Assembly (NCBI RefSeq): GCF_964194155.1
Contig: NC_135882.1
Span: 4,340,001-4,404,000, forward strand
From: Cetorhinus maximus
Taxonomy: Eukaryota
DNA: 64,000 nt
Direction of reading: 5' to 3'
Every line of letters begins with the position of its first letter. Position 1 is the first letter of the stretch. The notes under the pieces were generated by a model. It was not told where the DNA came from. It made no database searches and saw only the letters and a program-made list of their open reading frames with translations. Positions 12,545 to 26,058 of this stretch are shown piece by piece. The position numbers were made by a program, and so were the translations under genes.

Positions 12545-13920
12545 TACAGTACAGAAAGAAGCTATTTAGCATTATTGTCTGTGCCAACTCTCCACAAAAG
12601 CAACTCAATTAGCCCCTCTCCCTGCAGCCCTGCAAATTTTCTCACTTCAGATTCTTATCCAAGTCCCCATTGAAAGCCACGATTGAATCTGTCTCCACCA
12701 TAACAGTGTGGAAAAGCTTTTCTATATGTTAACTTTATTTCAATCACCAATTGCTTTAAATCAGTGTCCTCTGGTCCTCGACTCTTCTGCCAATCGGAAC
12801 AGTTTCTCCCCATCTCCTCTGTTTCGACCCCTCATGATTTTGAGCATCACTATCAAACCTTGTCTCAATTTTCTCTTTTCTAAGAACAATCTCAGCTTCG
12901 CCAGTCTATCCTTGTAACTGAAGTCCCTTACCCCAAAACCATTCACATAAACATTTTGTGCAACCTCTCTAAAGCCTTCATATTCTCCCTAGGGTGTGGT
13001 GCCCAGAATTGGACACAATGCTCCAATTGAGGCCGAACTAATGTTTTATAAAGGTTTGTCATAACCTTCTTGCTTTTGCACTCTATTTATGTCTCTATTT
13101 ATTAAGCCCAGGTTCCTGTATGCCTTTTTAACCACATTCTCCATCTGCCCTGCTACATTCAACGGTGTGTGTACAGATACTCCCAGGTCTCTCTCCTCCT
13201 GCAACCCCTTTAGAATTGTACCTTGTCTTTTATATTGCCCCTCCTTGCTGTTCCTATCAAAGTGCATCACTTCACACTTCTCCAAATTAAATTTCATCTG
13301 CCATAACTTTCTCCAGTCCAAAAAAAATCAACCGCTCACTACTACCATTTCCTGTCATGCAGCCAATTTGCATCCACGTGGCTACAGTTCCTTTTATTCC
13401 ATAGGCTTTAGTTTTGCTGACAAGCCTGTTATGTGGCACTTTTTATAAAATCCTTTTGGAAGTACATGTACACCACATCAACCACATTACCCATGGGGAG
13501 ATGGTGGCATAGTGGTAGCGTCACTGGACTAGTGATCCAGTGACCCAGGCTAATGCTCTGGGGACATTGGTTCAAATCTACAATGGCAGCTAGTGGAATT
13601 TAAATTCAATTAATAAATCTGGAATTGAAAGCTTGTCTCACTAATGGTGACCATGAAACTACCATCGATTGTAAAAACCCATCTGGTTTACTAACGTCTT
13701 TTTGGGAAGGAAATCTGCCTTTGGCCTGGCCTACACAAGACCACATGATGTGGTTGACTTTTAAATGCCCTCTGAAATGCCCTCACAAGCCACTCAGTTC
13801 AAGGACAACTAGGAATGGGCAACAAATGTTGGCCTTGCCATTGACACCCACATCCCATGAGAGAATATATTTAAAAAACCCTTCTGAACCCTCTGATACT
13901 TCATCAAAAAACTAAAACAG
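12545..13920 (-). mobile_element. CR1 LINE 3' fragment interrupted by a SINE
   Basis: ORFs WQMKFNLEKCEVMHF...ERDLGV and FSYKDRLAKLRLF. The element resumes after 13878. Confidence 0.88.
13495..13877 (+). mobile_element. tRNA-derived SINE (family B), near full length
   Basis: Head ggtggcatagtgg...ggttcaaatc and 3' tail gggcaacaaatgttggccttgcc...cacatcccatga. Related copies at about 18700-18905(-), 35230-35595(-) and 51620-51978(-). Confidence 0.85.
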
Positions 13921-16739
13921 TCTGCATGATGTAAAACTATAAATCTACATTTAGAAAACAAGACCAAGTTCCAACAGATATTTTGGTTCATTTGCCAAAG
14001 TCAAAAATTCTACACTTTAATTTGTGTAATATTTGCTTTGATACACATTTTGGTGTTATACTGTTCTAATTGCAAACATTGTGAAATTGCTCTCTCAGTG
14101 ATGTGCCACAGAAATCCTCAATGTTTATGATAGATGTGTGTTTAAATTTAAGGGCAGGGACAAATCAGTCCAGAAAACAAGCTCCATCTCATCACCATCA
14201 CGAGTAGTGATGGATCCGTAAGCATCAATACTTCATGATCGTTCAAGCCACACACTCCACATAGAAATCAAATTTGAAAAAAATAAAACCTATAACACTG
14301 CATTGTCACAAAATTGTCCAACCATTTAAGTGGATACAGTACAAGAATTTGGACCACTCTGTGCTAACTCTTTTCTCTCTCAGGCTTTGATTTCAAGGTT
14401 TAAGGTATCTAATTCTCTCAAGTCAATTAGTGCTGCAATTCAAGGAGGTGATTGGTGGTATTCACATTTAATCATTACTCCCCTGTAATTTCCAAATGAA
14501 AGGAAATGAAGGGATTGCATAGAGAGAATGCAGTAACTGTATAAAGGAACATGCAGTTCAACCTTCCCTCACTTCCAAGAACAAGAAACTATCAAAAGTT
14601 ACCACCCTGCAGTAGAACATTTAGTCTGTTTTCAAGAATGGCTGGATGAGACCCATCAGCAAATGCCCAAAGCTCCAAAGCCATATGGATGCATCCAGGA
14701 TTGTAAATTTCAGAATGTTATGGACATAATTACACCTAATGCCATCCATTCTAAGTTGCTGAATCTTTAGATACTACACATGAATAGTGGCATGTGTTAT
14801 TTTGCTGGGGGGGGGGAGGTGTTGTGGTAAGGGGAGTTGGTACTTAAGTGAATAAGCTCCACTCACCCCTGATCTTGGCTAGCACAACAGTATTGATTTT
14901 AACAGCCTGATCCTCATCTACAAATCCTTCCATAGCTTGTGCCACCTAAACATTGAAATGCATACACCATTTTAGAACAAAATGATCAGGAGCCATCCAA
15001 GATTGGATGAAGAATTTGAACAGTTTTATGGCACTTGCCAATTTGTGAATTGTAGCTTTGAAAAACAAGAGGCTTCAGCTACTCCATTTCTGCCCTCTTG
15101 TGCCCACTGGTACTCTGCTATTTTTTGACTCATTCACATGTAGTGAATCAATTACCCAATTGGTAACTTTAGAAATTTTGCTTATTTCAGACAATTAATC
15201 ATTATTTGGACCTTCGATACAAACATGATGTTTGACGTCAAATGAGTGATGCATTTGAAAAGAACAACAGACACATAGAAACCAAGATTTAACGAGAACA
15301 GATATGCCATGCTATCCACAGAAAACCCAAATAAACATCTGATATTGATCACGCCTCAGTACTGATTTAGTTGATCACACAACCAATTCAAATCCCTCAT
15401 TTATAATGTTCTATAACATTTTCAAGGTTTTATCAAAAGCCCTGAGATCAGCTGTATACTTAAGCTGCTTATCCCTGTAAAGCAAGTGGAGAAAAAAATC
15501 TCCTAAATCAAATCGTCAGCTTAAATAGGCAGTATTGTCACCCTAGCTGGTAAAGACACCTCCTCTTCAATGCAGGCAGACTTTAGTAATAAAGAGGCAA
15601 TTAAAACTTCCGTTATTCATATCACAAGCTGTCAGCCCGGTTGCATTCCCACTTCCTAGTCAGAAAGTTGAGAGTTGAATCCTCACCATAGACCTAAACG
15701 TATAATTTCAGCTGACACGTCAGTGTTGTGCTGAGGGAGTGCTGTACTGTTGAAGGTGCTGTCTCAAGTGAGGTGTTAAACTCCATCTGACGTAAAAATT
15801 CCTGAGTACCCTGGCCAACATTCCTCCGTAAATTGGCTGCTGCAATGATCAACTGGCTGCACTTCAAAATGTTGCGTTAGACGTAAAGAACTTTGGAATG
15901 TTACAAGGACTACATATTTTTTTTTAAACTTAACGGAGACATTGGGACAATGTTATCCTGAATCACCCAGCAGGAAACCGACAGAGTTGGATCAGCTTCC
16001 CGTTTTACATCTCTGCTTGCCACCACTTTCACCCCTCAACTGGTTTTATTTCCTATTGGCTTCAGTAGAAGGCAAAATCAGCGGGGTGTAAAACTTAAGA
16101 TAAACTCATTTGGTCATTCAAACCTTCTCCACCAAAAAAATCAAGATTGATCTTCTACCTCAAATCCACTTCCCTCACTATCCTCATATTCTTAAATTCC
16201 CTTAGAGTTCAAAAATCTATTGATGTCAGTCTTCAACATACTCATTGATTCAGCATTCACAGCTCTCTGGGGTAGAAGTTCCAAATGTCCACTATCCTTA
16301 AGAAATTTCTCCTTGTCTCAGTCCAAAATGCCTTATTCTGAGACCATGATCCCTAGTCCTAAATTCACCAACCAGGGATTCATCTTCCCTGTCAAGCCCC
16401 TTGAGAATTGTGCGTGTTTTAATGTGGAGACCAATTCAGTTCTGTTTCCCACAGTGCAGATTAGGTTAAAATTACTCCCCTTATCTCTTGTCTGTGCGTA
16501 AGAATAATTTGATACTTGTATAAACTAAGGGAGCTAGCCTTCGGATTTAGATAGAAAACTAACAGTCCTTTCCCATAAAGTATTTAGCCAACAATAACAG
16601 CTTCAGGCTGTTGGCCTCAGTCTGTAGAGATTCTTCAAATATCACCATAACTCTTGGTAGCTACCCTTTTAGCACAGCGGTGGAAGATCTACAGTTAACA
16701 ATTCATTCACGTGTACACGCCCAACACCAGACTTCCAAT

Positions 16740-17050
16740 GCAACTCTCAGTCACGGCAGGAAATTCCCAGGGGTACAGTGGACATGCTTTGGCGTGTCAA
16801 GGTCAAACATTCCCACCGACTTGGGTGAGTCTCTGGCCTATAACCAACTAAAATGGAGAAAGCTCTGCTCGGAAGGCACCAAACAAATCAAGAGACTTCA
16901 CCAGGAACATGCAGAGAAGAAATCAAGACATCAGAGAGAGAGCTCATAAACCTCCAAACAACTCAACTACCTGACCCTTCAAGCACTACCTGCTCCACAC
17001 ATTGCAGAGTCTCCAGATCACACATTGGACTTACCAGCCATCTCAGAATC
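16740..17050 (+). mobile_element. RTE-clade LINE 3' remnant
   Basis: Decayed C-terminal ORF ending in the zinc-finger-like CSTHCRVSRSHIGLTSHLR, typical of RTE ORF ends. Confidence 0.6.
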
Positions 17051-19493
17051 TGAGGGACTGCCTGAGGACAATTACACGGGTATACACACTCCTTCCAAAC
17101 AATATACAAGATTGGAAGTACAGTCTTTCCAATGAAACAAAAGTCCACTCATGTGGATGTAAAGAGTTCATGAGACTAATCAAAGAGCAGGGGAGTTCTC
17201 CCTGGTGCCCTGACTAATATTTATCCTTCAACTAACATCACTCAAGCACAGATTATCTGATTTTTAAAAATCGCATTGCTGTTTGTGGGATCTTTGTGTG
17301 CAAATTGGCTGCCACGTTTTCCAACATTACAAAATCAGCTATACTTTAAGTACCTCACTAGCTGTAAAGCACTCGAAGTCCTGAGGCACTATATAAATGC
17401 AAGTCTTTGTTTTCTTTCATTAGATAGAAAAGGATAATGAGGCTTGGAACATGGACGAGGCTCATTTAAGTTTGAATTCTAGTTTAGATTGAGCACAACT
17501 GCATGAGGTAATCGCATCTTTAAAACATTCGGGAATAAGAATTGAAAATGTGGGAATTACACAGGCCTGTTAGCATCTGTAACGAGGGGGGGAAATAGGG
17601 TCTATGCCAGAAATATTAGCCTTTGTTAGGACTGGATCCTTTTATAGGACTGAAGAAAGTAAAGATGGGGGGATAAAAAGAAATCAGTCTGAAGATAATA
17701 GCATTAACTATTATCATAATGTAGCAGGTAATCAGCTTAACAGCCTGAATATCTTATATAAAACAATATTTAATGTTATACTGTATAAAAATTGCCTCAG
17801 ACAGTGGAAAGGCATTAGAAAGCCCAAGGAGGTAGGGAAAGGCAGAAGACAGGTTAAAATAAGTCCATAATGGAAAGGAATGAAGTGGAAATCTTCTATT
17901 TTATGGTGCTGAGTCATAAGTATAGGTTATATATTTAAACCATCTAATGTGCTTACGTGAAAGGTGCATACAGCTCCAAGACGGGTTTCCCCAGATACTG
18001 CCAAGGAACAGTCTTTATAACATATACCTAAAAGGTACCCCCACAGTGGAGGAGCATCAACTGTCAAAGTGCCATGTAGCTGCCCCCCCGTCACCCCTCT
18101 CAAAGACAGGTCATTAGTTTGAATGTGCTACAGTGTCCTCCTACCATTAATCTATTTGTATTGGTATTGTCACTGGACTTTTCACTTCTCCAAGTACTTA
18201 ACTTTCGCAGGTCTCAGCTCAATGCAATATTTCAATCTCACTTTTGTCCAAATAAAGATCAAGTTTCAAGGAAAAAAGGAGGAAACTTGACACCAAACTG
18301 GCTTGGACTCAAAAAGAAATACGATAATGTAGAGGGTTCAGCAATAAAGGCAATATGTTACCTGCATCAAGGGAAATCAAATAGGTTTAGTACACCTGTT
18401 TTGATGAAATTTCTGCTCTGAAAACAGCTCAAAGGTGATTACACACTGGGGCTTCATTCTTCCCACATGCTACAAAATCAGAAATCCATATGATAAAAGC
18501 TACATCTTTCCTCCTCGAGTAATTTAGGTTTGCTGGAAGGTCAAAACAGTGCGGGGTGAATCTTGCAACATGCTTTGAGGAGTAGCACTGTAACTGCTGC
18601 ACAATATTGGAATTTTACATTCCTTAAAAAGGTCAGAAATGATGAGATCATTTCATCAAATCTAAAGGCACACAGAGACAAAGTTGTTTCTTTAAAAAAA
18701 AAATTATTTACAGGATATGCATGTGGCTGGCATGGCCTGCATTTATTGTCTGTCCCTAAACAACTGAGTGGCTTGCTGGGTAATTTCAGAGGGCAATTAA
18801 GGGTCAGCCACATTGCTGTAGATCTGGAGTCACATCTAGGCCAGACTGGGTAATGACAACAAATTTCCTTCCCTAAAGGACATTAGTAACTCAATGGGTT
18901 GTTACAACAGTTGAACCATGTCATGAATGCTCCTTCTGTGGCCAACAAGCCCTGGAGTGGGACTTGAACCTGAAGCTTCGGAATTGCTTCCTACTGAGTC
19001 ACAAGATCCTGGGCTCCAGCGGATTGGAGAGTGAAGTGCTGTATACAATGAGTTTTTACCGCTAAGACCTTAGCATGATTCCAGTCCAGACCAAGGGCAT
19101 GAAAATCTCATCAGTCAGTAGTTTGTAACAGCCCAATGAGTTTTGCAGTTTAAATTTAGTTCCTGGTGTTAACTGACACTAATTGCCAATCCGACTCAAG
19201 AAAAGCAAGGATAATTAATGTAAAGTATGATTTTCTAAGGTAAAGGGGCTCAGGCATGTTGTTGAGACAGAGTAAAGAGTAAACTCTGCCCCTGTGCTAT
19301 ATTTGACCTGTGAGTACTTAATGCTGACAATTAAGCTTGCAAGCTTAAAATGTCACTAATATGTCTGACATTAAAAATTGAGCACTGTGTACCAAAATCA
19401 GAACCAATTAATTTCTCTACATGCAAAGATTTTGAACAATATTTTCAGAATGTTGGATAACCAGTTGTGTTGGTTGTAATCAGTATTCTTTCC

Positions 19494-21146
19494 TTCTCAA
19501 GTATGTAATCAGAAACAACCATGGCAATTTAACAAGTTAGAACAGTCATGCAGCACAAGAACTGACTCACGTTTTCTGGAGCTAACCCACTCTAATAAAC
19601 ATACCTGTAGTACATTCCAACCACACCTCTTCAGTGCCTCAAACACGGTATTTTGCATAAGGGAAATGAAAGTTACACATTGTGGAACTCCTACATCTGG
19701 CAGCTCTTGGCCATATGCAAATTTACTTAGATTTTGTAATTCACTCAGATATTGGACACCAACGTCTCCTTTGAATGAGCAAGTGCTTTTCAAAAAGACT
19801 TTTACCAAAATCCACTGCTCCTAGCCCACACCTTTTATTTATATTCCTGATTGATGCCATACTCCAGCAAGTGCCTTCTCAGTGTTGGTAGGCTGTTTTC
19901 AGTGGAGGACAGAGGTAAACTGGGTTCTAAACTGAAGTCTACACTACCAAGAAGTGTTACCAAATAGCAATCAAAAGAACTTTATTCTTTTTACTTTTAG
20001 TGCCCAATAGTCACACTGTCACACTGGTTGAGCTCAGCTAATTCAGCAGCGTGGTGATAAAGAAGGATTTACAACTACATTGCACCTTCCATGACCACAG
20101 AATGTTCCCAAGTACTTTACAGCCAATGAAGTTCTTTTGAAGTGTAGTCACTGCTGTCATGTAGGAAACACAGCAGTCAATGAACACAACAAGCCCCCAC
20201 AAATAGCAATGTGATAATTGACCAAATAATTTGTTTTAGTGATTAAACCTGCAACCTTCCAATCTGTTTGGCTCAACTATTCACTGAAAAAATGGGGCCA
20301 ACCAAGTAACAAATTATTGCACCCTGTGTTCCTATTCATAGTGGAACTATGCATTTCACTGCTACAAAAGATAGAAACACACCAGCTATGTGTGGCTAAC
20401 TGGGAAACCAAATGTGCCTAATTGTGTGTCTGATTAAGTAATTAAAAAAAGTAACAGACACCATCACTGGATGTGTGATCCCAATGCTCATTGCAGAGCA
20501 TTGCCCTTTAACCTTGTGTGTGTTTGTAAAATGGTAACAAAGAAAGAGGGTGCTTTATGATCATTGGTTACCAAATGGTGGTAGCTATGTTAAATATCTA
20601 AGTAAACTTACTAGCCATAGCAACACCTATGGCTAGTTAGCAATTTCTATTGGGCAACATTGTTTTAGAGACACAAAATCCTCTTTTAAGAAATTGTTGT
20701 ACAGCAAGTAATTTCCTTGCACCTCTGCAATAGAACAGTTGTACAAATGGGCAATTAGCTGGGTCTCAAAAAGGCTGTAAAGAAACTAATGATAGAAATG
20801 AGACGTATTCAACAAAAAAAAGCTAGTGGCTCTTTGCGAGGTCCACTCAGCCTATTTCTCAAGTATGCAGTCAGAAACACCATGGCATTTTAACAAGTTA
20901 GAACAGTCATAAAACACAAGAACTACTCACACTTACTGTAGCCAACCCACCTCTAATAAACATACCTATAAGTACATTCCAACCACACCTCCAATACATC
21001 AAACAAGGTATTTTGCAAAAGGGAAATGAATGTTACATATTGTGGAACACCTACATTGAGAAGGTAGCCCTCACACATATAGGCAAATTTACTCAGATTT
21101 TGCAATTTATTCAAATATTGGACACCAATATCTCCTTTGAATGAGC
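19494..21146. repeat. Dispersed direct duplication (19494-19780 and 20856-21146)
   Basis: About 290 bp of clearly homologous sequence from ttctcaagtatg to tctcctttgaatgagc. Diverged, with small indels. Confidence 0.9.
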
Positions 21147-22969
21147 GCGCGAGAAGGATCCAATACCCTGCCCCCAAATGGCACATCTACATCTCACCAA
21201 ATTTGAGAATGGCACATGGCTAGGAGAGGCGAGATGCAATAACTTACACAACTACTACAAGGAAAGAAATCCCATGAGCCCATCTCCATGCTATAAGGTT
21301 TTCACTGACCCATTGGAACAGCAGGAAAAGAGGAGAGGGTTGGGAGGGGGGGCATGACACATAGGTTATAATCCGATTGCTTAAAATAATTTTGTGAGAA
21401 GGCAACACAATGTAACAGGCTAATTAATAAAATAGATGGAATGATCTAAGATAAGACTACCTAATTAAGAAAGTGCAAGGCTATTTGGGTAAAGGGGAGC
21501 TGGTTTATTCGCTAAGCAAACACAGGTACAGAAATCGGAATAAAGATATTCTCTGGATAGCTTTTAAAGCACTCTTTGGGTTTTGAAATAACTTAATCTG
21601 TCAGGATCAAATACTAAACTGGTGACCAATGCCTGAAATAACACAGGGTGACAGACAGACAGAGCTATCTCCCAAACTGGGCACATTAGTGTCCAATGAC
21701 AGGTATACAATTTCCTTCTAAAAACCCACAGCAGTCATATATGACATATTTGATCATATAAATTTTCAATTAGATATATGTATCCAGCTCCTTTTTGAAA
21801 AAATTGACAAAGTAATTATTGCTTTTGCTAAGAATCTTCTACACATCCACCTACCTGTAGATTTCTCTCCCTCCTAATTTCTACATGAATTGGAGGATCA
21901 TTAATTTTAAACCTCTCGCTTCTAGTTTGTGCTCAGTCTCCATCAAATACCCTGCTTATATCTACAGTTTACAAGTACCTGCATTTTAAAGACTTGGGTC
22001 ATGATCCCACCTTAATCTTTTCACTAATGAAAACAGGTTTAACACTATGCCTCTCTCCTCAAGGTCCAGGAAACATCCTTTTCTTTCATACCCAAGACCT
22101 CACCTGCTTTATGCTATATAACACACTCTGAATTCACTAACTCCTATTACATGGTAGAGATCAATGGGAAGTGCGTAGCCAAAATGAGCTTTATATTTGG
22201 TCATTTTGTATTGTAAGCAGTAAGTGCACAGCTAAATTGTGAATCCTTAGTTTTTACAGCCCTGATCAGGATAATCTGTGATTGCGTTTATGATCAACTA
22301 ATCCAACAAAAGAACTGGAAAAATCGTCCAAAATGTCTTTTGAGAGAAAAGAGATGTAAAAGAAAGATTGGCCCTTAGGTCACCACTAGAAACAGCCATT
22401 AGAATTAAACAGATGCAAGATTCAGAGAGTGACCTACATACAAAAGTGTGGTTCTATCAGTGATGACATGCGTGTGCCTGATTGCAATGCAAAATGACCA
22501 ATGATAGAACAGTAAACAGGCTGGATCTTACTACAAGAGCCCAGAGGAGCTTCCCCTTTCTGGTTTTATGATGAGCCACACAGGGGATAATTGTAACCCT
22601 GCAGGAATATGACTTCTTCGCTTTTCTTGAGTGTGCCTATAATTGGATCACCAATTAAGAAGAAAATCCTGGTATTTTTCTTGAAACGAGATGTGTATTG
22701 GTTCAATATTCTAGCCAAACACACCCCAATTTACTTACAACAGCATTTTAAATGCCTAGCCTTTGGTACTCCATTTACCAGAACAATTCTACACCTGGTG
22801 ACCTGCAGATAGCACCTCTTCACATCCAATTTTGATAGCCTTGTTTACAACACTAAACCACATCAAATGCTATTGGGCCTCACTATCCTCTGCATAAATC
22901 ATCCACTCCTCCAGGATAATCCATGCAAAGGAAAATTAAGAGCAGGGCTATTTAATCCACTACCACAGA

Positions 22970-23575
22970 AACAGCAGGAGGCTATTCAGTCCCTCAAGGC
23001 TGTTTAATATTCAATGAGATTATGGTTGATCTGTATCTCAACTCCACTTACAACTTTGAATCCATATCGCTTACTGAATATAAATTTGAGCCTTTAAAAT
23101 TTCATCTGATTCAACATCCAGAGAGGGGAAAGAGTTCCAGATTTCCACTTCCCCTTGAATGAAAAATTGCTTCCAGATTTCAGTCCGGAATGAAATGGCT
23201 TAGTTCTAATCTTAAAATTATTCCCCCTTGTTTTGGATTCCCACAGAGAACTGAGTAAATCATTTGTCTGTATCTACCAAATCCCATCCTTTAATCTCAC
23301 TCAAACGAATCCTCAAACCTTCTAAATTCATGGGAATACACCTTTGCAGCTCTAGTATATACTGCTAACTCTACACCATACCCCTCCAGTATATCCTTCA
23401 AGGTGTGGTGCCCAAAACTGATTGCCATTTTCCAGGTAGGACCTGACCAAGGATTTACACAATTTGAAACAGAACATACTCTCTTCTGTATTCTAAACCC
23501 ATGATAAATGCCTACATTCTATTATCCTTTTTGATTACCTTTTGTACCTGTGAACCAGTTTTTAATGATTTGTGT
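22970..23575 (-). mobile_element. CR1 3' fragment
   Basis: Similar to the CR1 3' ends at 7583 and 52845 (aggtgtggtgcccaaaactg; ttttgattaccttttgtacctg). Confidence 0.8.
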
Positions 23576-23619
23576 ACCTAAGCAGATTCAATGTGCTTGA
23601 TAGGCACAAAATATTCATG

Positions 23620-25140
23620 AAGTTATACAGGAAGAGATGGAGGGGCATTTATGTGATCCCTATGTTTAAGGGAAGTAATCGAGAACCAGGAAACCACAGG
23701 CACATTAATTTTACTTCAAGTCTAGGCAGGTTACTAGAAGATATGATTAGAGATATGTTACATCATATAGAAAGAGCAAGGGTTATTAGAGAATCCCAAT
23801 GTAGCTTCAAAAAGGGTAACTTTTTTCAACAATCAGATCAAATTTTTCAAAGCAGTTACACAATCGATAGATATCCAGTGAATGTTGTGTATCGTGATTT
23901 CCAAAAAAGGTTTTGATAAAGCCCTACACAAGAGGTTACTAAATAAGATTCCATCTTCTGAGATTGCTGGGCAACTCCAGGGTTTGATAATAAAATATTG
24001 TATTCACACACAGGGTAGTTATTAATGGTTGCAGCTTTGACCGGGGAGCTGGGAACTAGCAGAGTCCCACAGATATCCTCATTAGGCCAGTTTCTCTTCA
24101 TTTTTAGTAATAACCTGGATGCAGAACACAAACATGTATGTGGTAGTTGGTACCTTAGACAAATTAAGTAGCCTGCAAGAGGATCTAGATGACAAGGGAA
24201 ATGTGTCCGATGAATGGCAGATGTCTTCCAATTGCACTGGAAGCATTGCAATGGACTGGGGTAATACCATGGTGTGTATACACCATGAGGTTGGCTGCTC
24301 AAGACTGAACAGAGAATGAACACTATAGATACACAATTGGTGTCACTCGGCTGCTGTGAAAGTGACTATCACATTAGGGTGCATTGGTAGAATAATTAAA
24401 TATAAAACTCAAGTTACGAGTTTTTGCCTTGTACAAGACCTTTGTCCAGTTAGATGTAGAATACTGTGTCCTGTTTTGGTACCTTCACATAGCAAGCGGT
24501 GTTGAGGCACAAAGACAGTCATTCGATTGATACCTGTTTTAAGAGCTTTAGTTATAAACTTAGACTTAGGGAACTGGGTTTCTTAGTTAGGAAAAGTGCT
24601 AGGGGTGTAAATTAGAATTTTAAAATAATGAAGGAATAAAAGTCCTGCCTCTGGGGACAGACTACTTAAGCTAGATGAACGTGGGATGATCGGGGCATCA
24701 GTATAAGTTACAAAAAGCACATAATTAGACAAGTGCAGATTTGTTGCAAGCCTTCAAAAAGGTAGGTGGGTTAAGAGGTACCAATGACATCCGTCATTGG
24801 GGTTAACTGGAGCTTGCTTGATTGTAATTCTCCAGTGAAAACATGGCATCCAAGTTTCACAACAGCAAAGTGACCCCTGCCTAATGTTTTATCCAAATCA
24901 TACAGCCCAGCAATTTTTCCATCATATCCGTGTTTAAAACCTGCCAGGCTGTACTCAAAAATGGAAACAGAACTTAAGATGTTTATATCCAGGTTATTTT
25001 TCCTATATTAGGACAGGTTTATTCTCCCTTTCAGAAGAATGAGTGGGTGCAGGAGTAGGCAACCGTGGATTGCATCGTGTCATGGAAGGTTCGATAGACC
25101 AATTGAATCATTTTCCTGTCCTCTATTTCTTCATGTTCAT
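23620..25140 (+). mobile_element. Old decayed CR1 RT fragment containing the SNRK exon copy
   Basis: PMFKGSNREPGNHRHINFTS...VNVVYRDFQK matches CR1 RT. Further 3' CR1-like sequence runs to about 25140. Confidence 0.75.
24828..24992 (-). pseudogene. Intronic partial copy of the SNRK start-codon region (source 25812-25976)
   Basis: 165 bp, ungapped, 12 mismatches by manual alignment. Main ATG changed to CTG. Confidence 0.93.
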
Positions 25141-25342
25141 ATATAACTGGGCAAATTTTTAAAAACACCACTTCAATGTAATATCAATTCAAAATTAAAA
25201 GAAACTAGGAGCAATTTAATTGTTGCTGACAGCTACAGCACTTTTCACATTCATCTAAACATGTAAAAGTGATCCAATTTATAATATCAAAAAAGAAATT
25301 TGATGACTTTATCTCAAAAGGCCATATTTATAATGAACATAC

Positions 25343-25931
25343 CTACTGCAGGCGCATCATACTCATCACCAAGCAGAATCTCTGGGGCGGAATACGCAAG
25401 TGACCCACAGCTTGTTGTTAACTTCTTTCCAGGTTGAAACTTGTTACTAAACCCAAAATCTGTAAGTTTTACAATTCCTTGTTGTTCAAAGAAGACCACA
25501 TTTTCTGGCTTCAGGTCTCTATGAACAACATGCAGCTTATGGCAATAAGATATTGCATGCACTATCTGTGCAAAGTATTTCTTTGCTAGATCTTCACTAA
25601 GACCATCTTCATGTTTCATGATGTAATCAAACATATCACCTCCATCTCCCAATTCCAGAATAAGATAAAGTTTTGTCTGAGTGTCAATCACTTCATACAG
25701 ACGGACAATGTTGGGATGTTGCACCAGTTTCATACATCGTACCTCCTGGAACAAATGTCCTGTAGCTACAGAGTCCAGTTTTGTTTTATCAATGACTTTC
25801 ACTGCTACTTTTTCTCCAGTGAAAACGTGGCGTGCAAGTTTCACAACAGCAAAGTGACCCCTGCCTAATGTTTTATCCAAATCATACAGCCCAGCAATTT
25901 TTCCATCATATCCACGTTTAAAGCCTGCCAT
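25343..25931 (-). CDS. SNRK: SNRK first coding exon (kinase N-lobe through activation segment), 589 nt of CDS
   Basis: Encodes [31 protein letters not shown]...VAVK...HRDLKPEN...DFG...[14 protein letters not shown], the recognisable SNRK N-terminus. ATG is in strong context (agcATGg). Donor G|GTATGT at 25342, phase 1. Confidence 0.98.
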
Positions 25932-26058
25932 GCTGTTCTCAAAGCTGGAAGCAGAACATAAGATGTTTATATCCAGCAGCAGATAAAATGTGCAATTATT
26001 TCAAAAAGTCCATCACAGACAAAGAACCCATTTTCCCCGCTGTTTAATATGATGAATC
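25932..26058 (-). other. SNRK: 5' UTR part of the SNRK first coding exon, containing two uORFs
   Basis: Strong acceptor ttttttgtattgcag| at 26059-26060. uORFs at 26031-25996 ([11 protein letters not shown]) and 25959-25939 (MFCFQL*). Confidence 0.85.

Noticed and set aside
22451-22510. Hairpin with GTGATGA and CTGA motifs resembling a C/D snoRNA or pre-miRNA
   Set aside because: The boxes are antisense to the host gene, there is no terminal D box, and only the outer 12 bp pair well.
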